A DNA stretch of 64,000 bases from the human T2T-CHM13v2.0 reference genome, Homo sapiens. The notes beneath the pieces are model-generated. The model was given only the letters and a program-made list of their open reading frames with translations. It was not told the DNA's origin and did no database searches. How positions within the stretch are numbered: position 1 is the first letter of the stretch; each line of letters begins with the position of its first letter. This document shows positions 33,012 through 59,804 of the stretch, in pieces. The stretch lies in NCBI RefSeq assembly GCF_009914755.1, contig NC_060926.1, one strand, 5' to 3'. The translations under genes and the position numbers were made by a program.

Positions 33012-33272
<261 letters not shown>

Positions 33273-35584
33273 CTAGGAAAAAACCAAGAGGGAGAGAATG
33301 AGGGAAAAAAACCCTTTCTTGGCCACATATATTACTGAGCAAACATGCTGTATGAACCATTACATTATCTTACCACAAGCGGAAATGACTACAGTAGTTT
33401 TGCAAAACTGTTAGCTTACGTTAACCACAGGAGGGCAGTGTTTATCAAACAAACCTCATTCCACTGAACTGCTCATGGAAACTTTAAAGTACAATTTTTA
33501 GAAACTACTTTATGACAATATGAATAACCACTCAGAATAACTAAAATCAACACTACATAGATTTAAAGCTAGATTTTTAAAGGGTGCTTAATATATTTAC
33601 TTCTTAGCTTGTAGATTCCCAATTCAGTTAATAAAAAGGATTTAAAAATTATATTTTCTAACACTCAAGAATAACTGAGTTGCCTCTAAGATTCAAGTTT
33701 GATTCTAGCCTAAATAACGGGAATATTTCAATTACTATTACATTATGAGTTCATTCCAGATATACAGATGTGCAGAGTCTGAATTTTGTATAATCTATAT
33801 GACTGCTACATTTTAAATGTCCAAATAAGTAACACAGTGATCTATATATAAAGTTCTATCAGTGTTAAAAGGCTCATTTACTGCCCAAAAGCTTTAATTA
33901 GGGTAACTTGTGCCATACCAGTAAATCAGATCAGCCAATATAGAGTGAGAAGAAATGAGGGCTTCTGCTATAGAACAATATATCAACGTTTAAGAGCCAG
34001 AGAAGAAAAACTAGGAAATAAACTAAATGACCAGAGAGATGAGAAGAAAACCAGAAAACACTGCTGTTTCAGAAAAGACAAAAGTATTCTAAGGTTTAGG
34101 TGGTCAACAATGTCAAATGCTGCCTAGAAGCTGAGATAACAACAGAAATGTATCCCCTGTATTTGTCAACAAAGGGATGTTTAATTAGCTTTGTAAATTC
34201 GGATTCCACTTAATGCGGAGGGAAGAAATCAGATGTGAGGGGATTTAGCACTGACTGGGAGTCTAAAGGTAGTAATAGGGGATTAAAACAACTCTTTCTA
34301 GGACAATAAAGGAAACAGAACATGTGGAATTGAGGAATAATTGTTTTGTCAAATGAAGTTGCACTGAACCAGCATAAGGGAGACCCAAATATCCCTGCAT
34401 ATCCCATCTTCCCCCTTTCCACCATGAGTGGCAAGTAATTTCACATACGGTTTTTGACAAATCCCTCATTATCTGAGCTTGAGGTACTAGTTCCGATTTG
34501 ATACTCAAGAACAAAATGAATTCAGAGGATGCGGTTTCCCTCAGCTACCAAACTCACTATACACTCACTCACCTGAGTTCAGGAGCTCAACACATGAGAG
34601 TAACAAGGAACACATGGTATTTAGACAGAAATGTGATCTAACAGAGCCTTTGGAGGAAAGAGGGAAAAAGTCCTTACCTGGCTGTTTAGCAGTTATCTAC
34701 TGATCACTACCTGTGTCCTGAGATGCACTTTTCTGTTCAGCTTCTGTCACACTAGACTCTCGTGGTTCACTCTACTCTACCTCTCTACTAGCAACTTCCT
34801 CATTCTCCACAGTCTTTTAATGTTGGTCTTCTTCAGGGTTCTTTTCTCCTCAGTGTCTACTCTCCTTGGACATTTTCATCCTCCCATGGCTTCAAAAATA
34901 GCCATGCTCCTATAGCAGCACCGTATACATCCCCAGTACTGCTTATCACAGTGCACCGTTTTTTTGTTTTTGAGACAGGGACTCACTCTGTCGCCCAAGG
35001 TGGCATGCAGTTTTATAGCTGGAGTACATGATCATAGCTCACTGCAGCCTCGAACTCCTGGGCTCAAGCAATCCTCCTGCCTCAGCCTCCCAAGTAGCTA
35101 GGACTACAAGTGTGAACCACCATGCCCAGCCTTATTCATCTAGTATTACTAGTGCCTATTATATGACAGATCTAAAACACTTAATGGTTGGCTGATGGAA
35201 TTAGGAACATATGTGGCAAGATTAGCTTCAGACACTAGTAAAAATGCCTCTTTTTAAAAAAGGATAAAAGGTGAGGGAAAATGCAAATAAATTTACAGAT
35301 TTGGGCGCAGAAACTTGAGTGTAAAAGTAGCTGAGAATACTTAAATACGAAACCTATACAGAGAGGCACCTACAGATATACAGAGAAGATTACAGAAGCT
35401 GACATTGTAAGCTCATGGGCATAGTTTACCTAGGGGTCCCTCAATTCTGAACAGCTCTATCAAGTCACTTGGGTTTAGTCTTTCCTAGCTTGGATTCTTT
35501 TAATTATCCAAAAAGTCTGGAGGTTATACACACTCCCTAGTTCAAGAAAAAAAGCTCTCAACCAAACTCTCTTCAAACTCTTTA

Positions 35585-35785
35585 GAGTTAATAACACTAA
35601 CAGTTAATACTTATCTAGCATTTAACTGCCAAGCACTATTCTAAGTGATTTAGATATATTAGCTTATTTAACCTTTACAATAAACCTATGAGGTAGATAC
35701 TATCAGCCCATTTTTTTTCAGATGTGAAAACTGAAGTGCAGAGAAATTAAATAACTTGCCTAAGGTTTTGTCAGCTAATTAATGA
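35585..35785 (-). mobile_element. MIR SINE
   Basis: Core cagatgtgaaaactgaagtgcagagaaattaaataacttgcctaagg. Confidence 0.75.
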
Positions 35786-36584
35786 AAAGAGCCACTGCTG
35801 CTGCTGAGTTGTCCAACTTGTCATCAGCAGAATCCAACTCTCAGAACCCTGTTATAATTCCTCAAAAAGAAGAGCCAACCACTTCGGTGGCTCTGAAGGT
35901 GACAGCAATTTGTAGCTTAACCTAGTAGGTGCTCCTCAGTGCTTCCACATCTAATGATAAAAGGCAAGTACAGCATATGGCAAAGGCATGATATGGAAAA
36001 GAGAAATAGGGGCTTAGACTCCTCAGGAATGATGGCTTCAGGCAAGCAACCTTGATCAGCTGCAGTCTGGCCATGAGTGACGGAAATCTAGACTAGGCAG
36101 TGGCAGAAGGAGATGATGAATATTAATACGGCCTTGGAACCAGCTACTGCAGCAGAGACTATGACCTATTCCACTCATCCTCTATAGTAAGCCATTTTAA
36201 GAGACTGCTGCCAGTGTCTGTCTTGAGGAGCTGATGTCAAGAACAGGCTTACTGTAGAGCACAAGCCATTAAGAAACACATCCAAATAGAAACTTTCAGT
36301 GTCCTGCAACACACATATCCCTCAAGAACCTCCTCAGCTCTGGCAGACAGTGCCGCTCACACACTGCCAGCATGCCACCTTCGCTCATGCTGCTCTGTAT
36401 ATGACATACCTTCCCTACTCCTTTTGACAGATACCTCAAAGTTTATCTATCACTCAACAAAATAGCAAAGATTTTTAAACTGGTAATATTAAATTCTTCA
36501 AGAGTTGAATCAGACAGGCACATACACACTAAACAGTGGAGAGGGTAAAATGATACACCTTTATAGATAGTAACTTGGTAACAG

Positions 36585-38258
<1,674 letters not shown>

Positions 38259-38879
38259 CCTATACCTCATTTTTAATACTACATAGGCTACAAGTTCTAG
38301 AATAATGCCAAATAACAGTAATGATAGCAAGTTTCTTCATCACATGTCTAATTTTTTCATATACTTGTCTCTAGCAATTTATCATCATTGTGTTATTGGC
38401 TGTTAGATTTTGGGGGGGGGCGGGGGGGGGGGAGATGGGCAGCTTTTCTCAATAAAGCAATTCAAAAAACAAGGCTCTTTCCAATATGTGGTAAGCCATG
38501 TGGTGAGCCATGTGGTGAGCCATGGAGTTCTTCTGTATCCAACCCCAAAAGAGAACACAGAGAAAAAGCACACCCTATTCTTGAGTACCTTGGCTAGGAA
38601 GTGACACGTATTACTTCTGCTCACATTCTACTGCAAAAATAGTCACTTGGCACTATCTAGACACAAGAGAGTCTAGGAAATAAAATCTTTGTCTGGGTAG
38701 CTGGGACAAGGATTGTACCTATATGTACCCATCTCTGCATATAGTTTTCATCATTGACCTAGTAATTTAATGAATCAATATTTTTCTAATAACAAAGTAG
38801 CTTTGCATTCGTGGAATAAACTTCCAATTAATCATGGAGCTACACTGGCTACCTCACCATTCCTAGACTAAGGCAGGCA

Positions 38880-39420
38880 CTCTCCTGCTTCAGAATCTTT
38901 GCACCATCTACTCCACCAATGTAGAACGCTCTTTTCCTGGATGTATGCAAAGCTTCACTGCCTTCATATGTTTGGTCAAATGTCAACTTCTCAGTGAAGC
39001 ATTCCCTGACTATCCTATTTAAATCACGAACTACTTCAAAACCAGCCCAGCATTCCCCAGTCATCCAGCTTTCACTTTCCCCACAGCACTTACCACTAAC
39101 ATACTATATACTGTAATTTACTTATTTACCATGTTGTCCATCTTTCACCCCTACCTACAAATCTGTTAAATTCCATGCAGGCAGGGATTTTTATTTTACT
39201 TTATTTTATTTTATTTATTTTTGAGACAGAGTCTCTCTCTGTCACCCAGGCTGGAGTGCAGTGGCGCGGTCTCAACTCACTGCAATCTCTATCTCCTGGG
39301 TTTAAGCAGTTCTGTAGGCAGGGATTTTATTTTTCCTCATTTGTTGACTGCTACATCCACAGATCCTAGAGCAGTGCCTGGCATATAGTAAGTGCTCAAT
39401 AAATATTTAACTACATTCAA
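38880..39420 (+). mobile_element. L2 3' fragment interrupted by a partial Alu
   Basis: L2 terminus cagtgcctggcatatagtaagtgctcaataaatattt. Confidence 0.7.
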
Positions 39421-40098
39421 TGCTGAATACAATGAATCTCCACATATATGACACTGAGATTTAGTGTTTGCAAATTGATCCTACCCTAAGCGAACCTAAG
39501 ACAATTACCAAAGAACTGCTCCCTCCATTAGCTTACAGATACAAACAACTGATTCTTTTAAATTGATAATATTTATAATATTTCCCTTGGTCTCTGCCTA
39601 AATCCCTTATCCTATATAGCGAAAGCCAGAAAAGGTTTCAGAACAAAATGACAAAATGGCCTCTCCATCACAAACCGGGTATATTAGTTTGGTGCCTTCC
39701 TTTACTCCATAGCAGCCATGTCCTCCTCATCTCCATTGTGTCTACATTCCAAAAAAAAAAAAAAATTTTTTTTTGGACAGGCACAATGGCTCACGCCTGT
39801 AATCCCAGCACTTTGGGAGGCTGAGGTGGGCGGATCATGAGGTCAAGAGATGGAGACCATTCTGGCCAACATGGTGAAACCCCATCTCTACTAAAAATAC
39901 AAAAATTAGCCGGGCGTGGTAGTACATACCTGTACTCCCAGCTACTCAGGAGGCTGAGGCAGGAGAATTGCTTGAACCCAGGAGGCGGAGGCTGCAGTGA
40001 GCTGAGATCACGCCACTGTACTCCAGCCTGGCGACAGAGCGAGACCCCGCCTCAAAAAAAAAAAATTTAAAGCCTAATATAAAGAGGGAAATTGATAA

Positions 40099-40427
<329 letters not shown>

Positions 40428-40884
40428 TGAGCCACCACGCCTGGCCTTTTCTTTTTGAGACAGGGTTTTGCTATGTTGCCCAGACTGGCCTTGAATTGCT
40501 AGGCTCAAGTTGATTCTCCCAACCTAGCCTCCCAAGTAGCTGGGACTGCAGGCACACACCACCACACCCAGCTAAGAAACCTGAATTTTACATGAAAAAC
40601 CTCAGACTGAAATATATATTTAATTACTTATATTTTATACTTTTCTAACCATTTAAGGCAATATTATTTAATTATAGCTGAACTTCCAAGCTGTCTTATA
40701 ACTTTTAAGCAAAAAGTGTTACCCTTAAAATATATCCCTTATGTGGCAAAACTAGTGATTTCATACATTGCTGGTGGCATTACAAATAGGTATATACCTT
40801 AAATAAAGCAACGTATCAAAGAAGCAAATTACAAGTAACCATATTTCCAATCTCTCCGAAAGAAATACCTCAAAATATAGGGAT

Positions 40885-43240
<2,356 letters not shown>

Positions 43241-43852
43241 CTTAACAAAGTAAATGATAGCAGGCAGACTGGGGAAGATCAGATTCCAAAGTACTGTACT
43301 GTATCAGATGGTAGAATGATGAGGGATTATTTTCCTCTATTTTCCAGCTAATTTAATGTCATATTATTCCTATATTTAAAAAATTCATTTAACTTTTGTG
43401 AAACGGAGGAAACTTATGTTACACATTCTCCTAACTAAATTTTAAATATCAGTATTAATAGAGTGAAAAAATAATGCATTAATCCTAACTTAGAACCAAG
43501 TTTCACAAACACTAAAGTGAAGTAAATCTATGTATGTCTAGGACATCAATAAGGAGGGCTAACAAAATGTTTGATTGGATATAATTAAGAAAATACCTAA
43601 AACTGATACAAAGCCAAACAAAGAAATTTAGAAATTACAGTGTTTTAAGGCACCGAAAAACTAAGGAGCTTCACTTATATTACAATGGCATGTATCAGGA
43701 TATAAACAATTACAAAAGTATGATGGTACATATGATTCCTGATTCCATTCTCCAACCACTTAATCCATCTTTAATACATTAGACGGCCAAGATCTAAATA
43801 TCCAGTTCCACAAGAAGGGGAAAAATTAGTCAGAAAATACATTTCAAATTAA

Positions 43853-48564
<4,712 letters not shown>

Positions 48565-50077
48565 CTATCTAAAAAAAAATGAGAATTGTATTGTGCTACA
48601 GAGTATTCCAAGACCTCTTTTATGTGTGGAAACTTCAGGAGGCTCGCAGAAAAGTAGAAGGCCAGGTGCAGAGGCTCACACTTGTAATCCCAGTGTTTTG
48701 GGAGGCCAAGGAATAAGGATAGATTGAGGCCTGGAGTTTGAGACCAGCCTGGGCAACACAGGCTCTACAAAAAACAAAACAAAAAAATCTTAAGTAAAGG
48801 TGTTGAAAAGCTGCAAGTGGGATAAGTATAGGTAAAAAAAGGTATGCAATGAGAAAAATGTGAAAGACGACAAAAGAAAGTTTTATCTCCTCCCACCAGT
48901 CTTTCCTGCCCTCTATAATAAATCCCACAAATGCCCCAATCTGCTTAAAACAGATACATTATCTCCTGCCTAAAAATTCTCTATTACTCCCAGAAAATAC
49001 TTGTCAGCCCAGCTTCTATAACCCTCCACATTTTGGCCCAACCGACCTTTTCTGGTTTTGTCTTCCATTATGCTACACAACACTCACAGGTTAATTAGCC
49101 ATGCATCAAACATACACTGCATTTTTCAGTCTTTCCTCTTTTCAGCTCTTCCCTCTGCCTGGAATGCCCTTGCCGATCATTCACTTGTAAATACTTTATC
49201 CATCGTCCTAGAATACCCAAGTCAAACCTTCTTTAAGACAACCCTGCTCTATCATACTCCCAAATTTTAGTATTACTATTAGATTGCTATTATGCAGCTT
49301 CAACAACACAGATTCATTTTATTTGTAAGTTTTATTATCATACAGAATAAAACAACACAAATTTATCTCACAGTCTCAAGTGTATCAGGATTGTGGGTAC
49401 AGGTTAGCTGGGTCCTCTACTTAGGATTTCATGGTTACATCCGTTTCTTAAAAAATTTGTCAGAACCTCTCAAATCAGACAGGAAACTAGTCACTATAAA
49501 TCAATAGCAAAACATTTAAAATGTTGTGTACCATTTAGAAATAAGTAACTAACACCATTGAACACTTATTTGAAATTCAATATGGCTAAGCCAGCTACTG
49601 AATAATTCAAACATCAGTGAGTTCAAGGTTAAAGATGACGTGGGCCATCCCAGGCTGTGAACGCCATGAAAGTCCATTCTAGTATCAACTGCTAATTAAA
49701 GTCAGTAGCCAAGAAATTTTCAAATGAAAAGTCTCTCACAACATAATTTTTGCCAAAAGATGGATCAGCTTACTCAGAGGATACTATAATTAGCAAGTTT
49801 TACAATGCTCTCTGATGCCCAAGATGAACTAACTACATTCGCATTTACCGTTAACCAATTTTAGTTCTGTCAAGCAAGGTCAGACTTAAGAATTATCACA
49901 GATATTTCCCAAGGTCCAAATGTAACTCAAAAGAATCTTTGGAGGCAAATATCTTGGTGTGTCTTAGCATAATTTTCTTTCACAAAGAAAGAGATACTCA
50001 ACCAGTTTTCATGGCAAACAATACTTAATATATTTGACTAGCTTTATGCAAATCATCCTCTCTTAAAAGTAAGAACA

Positions 50078-52020
<1,943 letters not shown>

Positions 52021-52907
52021 AAAAGAATAAGGCAGATATTAAATACACAAGTAATGACACGACAAGCTATCCATGATATTCATAAAGTTATAGAATTTCA
52101 TGTAAAATAAAGGTATACCTGTTTGTATATACGAGGTAAAAAAAAATCCAGAAAGCCATATTTAACTATCAACCAGAGTTAATTTCGGTATGGTAAGTAA
52201 ATATTTTCAATATTTCAGTATGCAGACTTTCACTTAATTCCTGTTTTCAGTATACTGACTCATCTAGGATTAACTCTTTACATACTTCTACTTGTTTCTT
52301 GTTTTTTTAAAACATAATGAGCCTATATAACTTGAATAGGAAATAAATTTAAAGCAAGTAACAGTTTTTAAATCATATTTAGAGTTCTAAAATTTAGCTC
52401 ATTCAATAACCTTTTAACAATAGTAAAAACATAACAAATCACACTGTACTAAAAATACTAAATTTAAAAATATCAACTATGAGGATGGCCTCTATGAGAT
52501 GTAAAAAGAAAGAATACAGAAATAGAGGGGTATTCAGAGTTCTTTTGTAAACAGGACAAAGATAGCAAGTTTAGTTATATCTTCCACACTGGCCTCCTTC
52601 CAGACAGCTTTCGTAGAGGGGGGGAAAAATGTCCCACAGCAAAATTGTCCAGCCTCTCAAGAGTAGATAGAATCTGTGGATGGGGAAGCAGAAAGGACTT
52701 TTGCAAACCTGAGGTTATTTTCTCAACGCCTTTCAGAATTCTACAAGAGATGCAGGAGTAGCAGCAGCAGCAGCACCTTTCATAGAAATTTTTAATTTAA
52801 GTGTTCAAAAAAAAATCTGCTTTTTTCCCCTCCTTCAACAAACTAGGAGGCTTGTGGGCTTTCAGGATAGAGGAATAAAAACAGGTCAGAAAAAATTATG
52901 AAATTAA

Positions 52908-53045
<138 letters not shown>

Positions 53046-53457
53046 TAGCTGAGATTACAGGCATGCGCCACCCACACCTGGCTAATTTGAAATTAACACA
53101 AAATTTATGCAGGAGAACTTTAAATAATATGGCAAGAAGGAAAGATCAGTCAAGCAAAAAGTGTTACATCAAGTCACCTTGTACTAACAGACTTGCAGAA
53201 AGTAATTTGACGAATGTAAATACACAGTTGTTTTGAAAATTATGCATCAGAGCAGTTCCTCAATTTTTTTAAAAATTAAAGAACTTTTTATTAAACTCTT
53301 GGGTGAAAAGGAGAAATAAATTATAGAATTTCAGAAAAACAATGAGTGAAAATTTTGCATAACAGATCTATGGGATAAATGTAAAGCAGAGATCAGAGGA
53401 AAATTCACAAGCCCAAAGAGCTACATAAATTAAAAATTAGCAGGGCACAGTGGCTCA

Positions 53458-53730
<273 letters not shown>

Positions 53731-54264
53731 TTAAATAAATTCCCAACTCAAATAGCTAGAAAGATAACAAAAGAAACCAAAACAAAGTCTAAGAGTAAAA
53801 TTGTAAAGGTATAAGTGAAAACTAATAAGGTCAGAGAACAGAAAAACAATTCATAAACAAAATCTGTTTACTTAGGGGAAAACAAAAGCACCCAACAAAA
53901 CAGATAAATCACTAGCAAAATTAATAAAGAAGATAGTAATACAAATATACAAAGTAAGCATTGATAAGGGAGAAATAACTATAGAGAGGAAAAATTTTAA
54001 ATTCTATGAGATTATTTTCCATAGCTTTAGGCAAATAAATTTGAGAATCTCTATTATATGGATAACTGTTAATGAAAACAGTTTACTAAAATTGACCCTA
54101 GTAGAGAGAGGACGCTTAAGCAAACTAAGTTCCACAGAATAAATAGACAAAACTATCAAGGAATTAGCTCACCAAAAAGCACTTAGCCCAGACGGTTTCT
54201 CAGGAGAATTTTTTTTTTCCCAGAAGTCTCTATTTATTGGCTCTTGGGAGGTTGTAAGTTCTTT

Positions 54265-54490
54265 TTTTGTTTTTTTCCCCAATAGTTTTTGGGGAAAAGG
54301 TGGTGTTTGGTTACATGGATAAGTTCTTTAGTGGTGATTTCTGAGATTTTGGTGCACCCATCACCCGAGCGGTGTACACTGTACCCAATGTGTAGTCTTT
54401 TATCTCTCATCACCCTCCCACCCTTTCCCCACCCAGAGTCCCCAAAGTCCATTCCATTGTTCTTATTCCTTTGCATCCTCATAGCTTAGC
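54265..54490 (-). mobile_element. L1PB-like 3' end
   Basis: Reverse complement reads ctatgaggatgcaaaggaataagaa...gactttggggactc...gtacagtgtacaccgctcgggtgatgggtgcaccaaaatctcagaaatcaccac. Confidence 0.75.
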
Positions 54491-55387
54491 TGTCAGTGTT
54501 TCTCAAGTTTTAGCCCATGCCAATGCTTTCTCACTAATTTTTATGTAATCCATGAGCCAAAAATCTACCGTTTTACTTTCTATAATTTGTATTATAAAAA
54601 TTGGCCAGGTGCAGTAATCTCAACTACTATGAAGGCTGAGGCGGAAGAATCACTTGAACCCAGGAGGCAGAGGTTGCAGTGAGCCGAGATTGCACCACTG
54701 CTCTCCAGACTGACGACAGAGTGAGACTCTGTCTCAAAAAATAATAATATTTCCATTTTCTACACTTCCTATATCAAAGTAATTAGCCTATCTTTAATAG
54801 AAATTTTCTATCTTCCACCTTATTTTCTAAAGTTAAATAAAGATGATTAATATGTGATGACATCCTGAGGATTTTAGCAGTGACAAAAGTGACAAAAGTT
54901 TTAAGTGACAAAAACTAAAATCTTGTGTACATTCAAAATAATTAACCAATGAATAAAGTCTATATATTAAAAAAAAAAACAAAAAAACTACTTCTTCAGT
55001 CTACAAATTATATTCCAAAGATCTACACTACAGGTTATGTTCCTCATCTCTAACACCCACACCTTGTTTCTCATATTTTTTTTTTTACCATTTTCCTCCC
55101 AAAAAAACACCCAATGTCCCTTAAGTGTATAATCTCTAAAGTCTGCCTCTCTATCCCTTCCACCTACAATCACACACACTTGTCCTTTTGGGACTCTTTC
55201 ACCTTTTAATGCTTTTCTAGCCATGGGTAAGGAAAGAAAAGTCAAAAGGCAAACAAGATCAATAAGACTGCTATTTTCAAAGTTCTGCTTTGCAAAAACT
55301 GCTAAAATCCTCAGGATGTCATCAAATATTTAGATGATTCATCTTTTTAATGAGCCTAATTTTGAACATAGTTCTAAAGTCAATGCA

Positions 55388-56420
<1,033 letters not shown>

Positions 56421-58821
56421 AAAACATGTGAAACTGTTAACTAAATACTAGAATGCTTTTTATAACTAGCATATTTAAATAAGATCAACAGGGAGGCAGT
56501 CCAGTGTAGTGAATGCACATTCAAGATCAGGTGAATCGCAGCTCCATCACCTTTCTCTGGTGTCCTTAGTTACTGGAGCCAGTGTATATATTTAAGTTCA
56601 TTTTATCAGCCTTTTGGCATAATCTACTATTATATAATAATTATGAAGCCAAGCACAGTGGCACATGCCTATAGTCCCAGCTACTTGGGAAGCTAGGACA
56701 GGATGATCACTTGAGACCAGAAGTTCAAGGCTTTAGTGCACCACGATCATACCTGTGAAGCCACTGCACTCCAGCCTGGAGAGCATAGCAAAACGATTCT
56801 AAATAAATAAATACAATTATAATAATAATGATAATAATTATGAATCTTATTATTTTGCTTATAATAACCTTACATCAAACCATGTAGCTCTCCCACATAA
56901 ACACACACACCCCGTATCATCCCAGTATCACATATCTACATTTAATGTGTTGAATATATCTATTGGTATATTATTGGTCAGGAAAACAACCTTATTTTAA
57001 TAGTACTCTCTAAAACATGATAGCTCTACAATGGAGGTATCAAAAACACATGAAATAAGAAACAGACACCTGCTTCCTTGATGAAACTGTTCCTCGAACA
57101 CTTGACATCCTAATGCCTAAGAAATAAGTTTAAGCCTTAAAACTTCTTTTCCTATTCCTCTGGATCTAAATACTAACATTCTTATTTAGGTCAAAGTTAC
57201 TTTCATTTGTCAACTCACTAATTTTCTGATTTCATTATTCTACAGTCTGAAATATTACAAATGTACCTTTGCCCGGTCCTTCTTTTATTTTCATCTATTT
57301 ATCCCAAAAACAGAAATATTTTGAACACCGAGATTTAGTTTAATCCCCTCACTTATAGGTAATAAAATAACCCCCCAAAATTAAGAGTGTTTTCTAGATT
57401 TTGGCTACTAGAAAAACTTTAGTGTCATCATTCTCTTTCTAAAACACATTTTCACTGAGACTGGGGCTTTATGTATTTGCCAGAATCAAAGAAAAATACC
57501 AAGCTACTAATATACTGGTACCCTCAGGAACTCTACTGATCAAAGTAGTCTTTCCATCTTTTAAATACTATTTTTCACATAGCTAGCTAGGGCATGAAAT
57601 GAGCAAATATACTAACATAGGAAAAGCTAAGTAGATGCAGACTAATTTTTCCTATTTGTCGCAATCTCCCAATGACTATTTTATCAAAGGGATCATAATT
57701 CAAAAAACACTCCTAAGATTCTAGAAACTTGTGTAATATTAGTGCTTTGAGAGGCCAACGGCAGGAGGACTGCTTCAGCCCAGGAGTTCAAGACTAGCCT
57801 AGCCTGGGCAACATAGAAAGACCCTGTCTCTACAAAATATTTTTAATTAAAAAAACAATTTTAAAGACCCTAGGAACTTAAAATTAATTAGCATAAATTA
57901 GGGTCCAGGTCTGCTTACCTATAATTAAAATTTATCATGCTTCTTTTATTAACAGAAAGAGGTCTTGAGGTATACTGAGAGTAAAACAGCCCTCTGTGGG
58001 GATGCAACCTCTACACCTTCAAAAAAAAGTATAGGAGTCTTATCTTTTAGAGGGAAACTACTAGCACAGGAAGATATACAAAGACATATTGTAAGTGAAA
58101 ACACCCAGTAAGTAAAATGTGCTATTATTTCTTAACTTTTTTACATTTCCAACTAAGAGAGATACAAATTGAAAACTCATCAACCTCCTAATGCATAAAG
58201 TTTACAAAACAAATGCACAAAGTTTAGAAACAAATGCACAAGACTGAATAAACAGTATGACCTAGATTTGGGGAAATAAAGAGACTAGACGGTAATATAC
58301 CAAATGTTAGCAGATACAGCCGAGCGGTGAAATAAATGTGATTTTTTTTAAATGTTCTTCTTTATACTTTTTTATAATTTTCCAAATTTCCCCACAGTGA
58401 ACATTACTTTTATATTTAAAAAACTCATTAAAAAATAAACCATATGGCATCTAATAAGGGTTCACTAAGAAGGGCTACGTTGTCGAAGTATTACCGGCAT
58501 TAATCACCATTAAAGGGGTGAACACCTCTCACTTTCCACTATTAAAATGCTGCCGTTTAATGCCCTATTACTTTTCTGCTGCACCCTCAACGATGTATGA
58601 ACTTCACTATCTCCTGCCATTTCATTTCTGCATACAACATGCTTTTAATTTTTTCTTCTTAAAATATGGTAAAAGTTCTCACTAATCCTCAATATTCCAC
58701 TTTTTAAAATCTACCTCTAAATTTCGTCATAACACAATTAGGGGGAAAATTGTTTTGCCCACTAATTACAACTTCATTAGGGCACCATCCCTTTGGCTAG
58801 GGTAACGTGAAGGCCGGGTAA

Positions 58822-58841
58822 ACTACACGTCCCACCATGCA
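58822..58841 (+). promoter_or_regulatory. ZNF143/THAP11-type SBS motif ACTACAcgTCCCAccATGCA
   Basis: Matches the ACTACAnnTCCCAnnATGC consensus. A second partial copy, CTACAAGTCCCA, is at ~58893-58904. Both lie at the intron-1 edge of the CpG island. Confidence 0.6.
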
Positions 58842-59491
58842 TTGCTGCCTTGTTCAGAGTAGGTCTCTACGGAAACAGGAAAAAAAAAAATTCTACAAGT
58901 CCCACCTGTTACTTCGTTTCTAAACACCTCCTGCACTTTCGGCTCCAACACCAAACAAAAACAAAAGCCTCGTGATCTCTCGTCTGCTCCGGGAGCCAGA
59001 CAAACAGGGGGCCCGGGGTCACAGGCACGTCCGCTGTAACGGGTAAATTCTATCCAGCTCCAGCGCTCCCCTCTCCTTTCCGGGGCTGGATGCACGCACA
59101 AGCCTTCTCCTATCTGCATCCAATGGGGGCTCTCCAGCCGCACAAGGGAGAAGAACCGGTTACCGTGCAAGCACCACAGACTTCCCCGTGCCGGGGCGAG
59201 GGCTACCACAGAGCGGAGGTGATATCGGCTCGACCCCAAAAGACAGCCTCAAAACACTGAGAGGACTCGCCGCAGACGCCGAGGGACGCCACGGCCCCGC
59301 GGCTATCACGTTCCGCCGGGCGCCTCCATTCCCACAGGGATCGCAACCCCGACACTAACCGCCGCCCTCTCCGCGCGGTTTTGTGCCCCTTCAGCCGGGT
59401 CCCTGGGCCAGTGACCTCCCTTTCCCTGCGACTGGCGGGCGACAAGGGAACAAAATCCTCCCGGCCTTCCCCTTCGCTCCCTCCCCCTTAC

Positions 59492-59548
59492 CGTCTTGGC
59501 GGCCTCCGCCCAGGTCCTGCCCTTCTTCCTACGTCCCTTTTCCCTCAT
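59492..59548 (-). CDS. ASXL2: ASXL2 coding exon 1 (aa 1-19, MREKGRRKKGRTWAEAAKT; start of the N-terminal HARE-HTH/ASXN domain)
   Basis: The minus-strand ATG at 59548-59546 gives MREKGRRKKGRTWAEAAKT, the recognisable ASXL2 N-terminus. It is followed by the donor ACG|GTAAGG (57 nt, phase 0) and lies in a CpG island. Confidence 0.97.
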
Positions 59549-59720
59549 GTCGGGTCTTGAACTGACTGGGAGGCTCCCGTGTCCGGGCTCCGGCCGCCCT
59601 CCCTGCCTGCTCTGCCCTGCGCTGCTTTTCCCGCGGTGCCGGGAAAGGTGGGAGAAAAGGGAAGTCAGACCGGGGGGGCACCCAAGCAGAGGAAGCGGCG
59701 GGGGTGGTGCGCGGGGGGGT

Positions 59721-59774
59721 CTATGGGGCGGCCGGTCCTCTTGCTGCCGTTGCCACTGCTACCGCCGCTGCCAT
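59721..59774 (-). other. Upstream ORF in the ASXL2 5' leader (17 aa, MAAAVAVATAARGPAAP*)
   Basis: aatATGG is a strong Kozak context. The TAG is at 59723-59721, 172 nt before the main ATG. Confidence 0.6.
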
Positions 59775-59804
59775 ATTGGGTTCTTACTGTACAGGCTGCC
59801 GCTA

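Noticed and set aside
56645-56810. 7SL-like monomers here and at ~24990-25130 as SRP RNA genes
   Set aside because: They lack the S domain and are diverged FAM/FLAM-type Alu monomers.
59306-59491. Extension of the 80-aa ORF beyond MREK...AKT
   Set aside because: It is read-through past the GTAAGG donor into intron 1. The real frame continues in exon 2.
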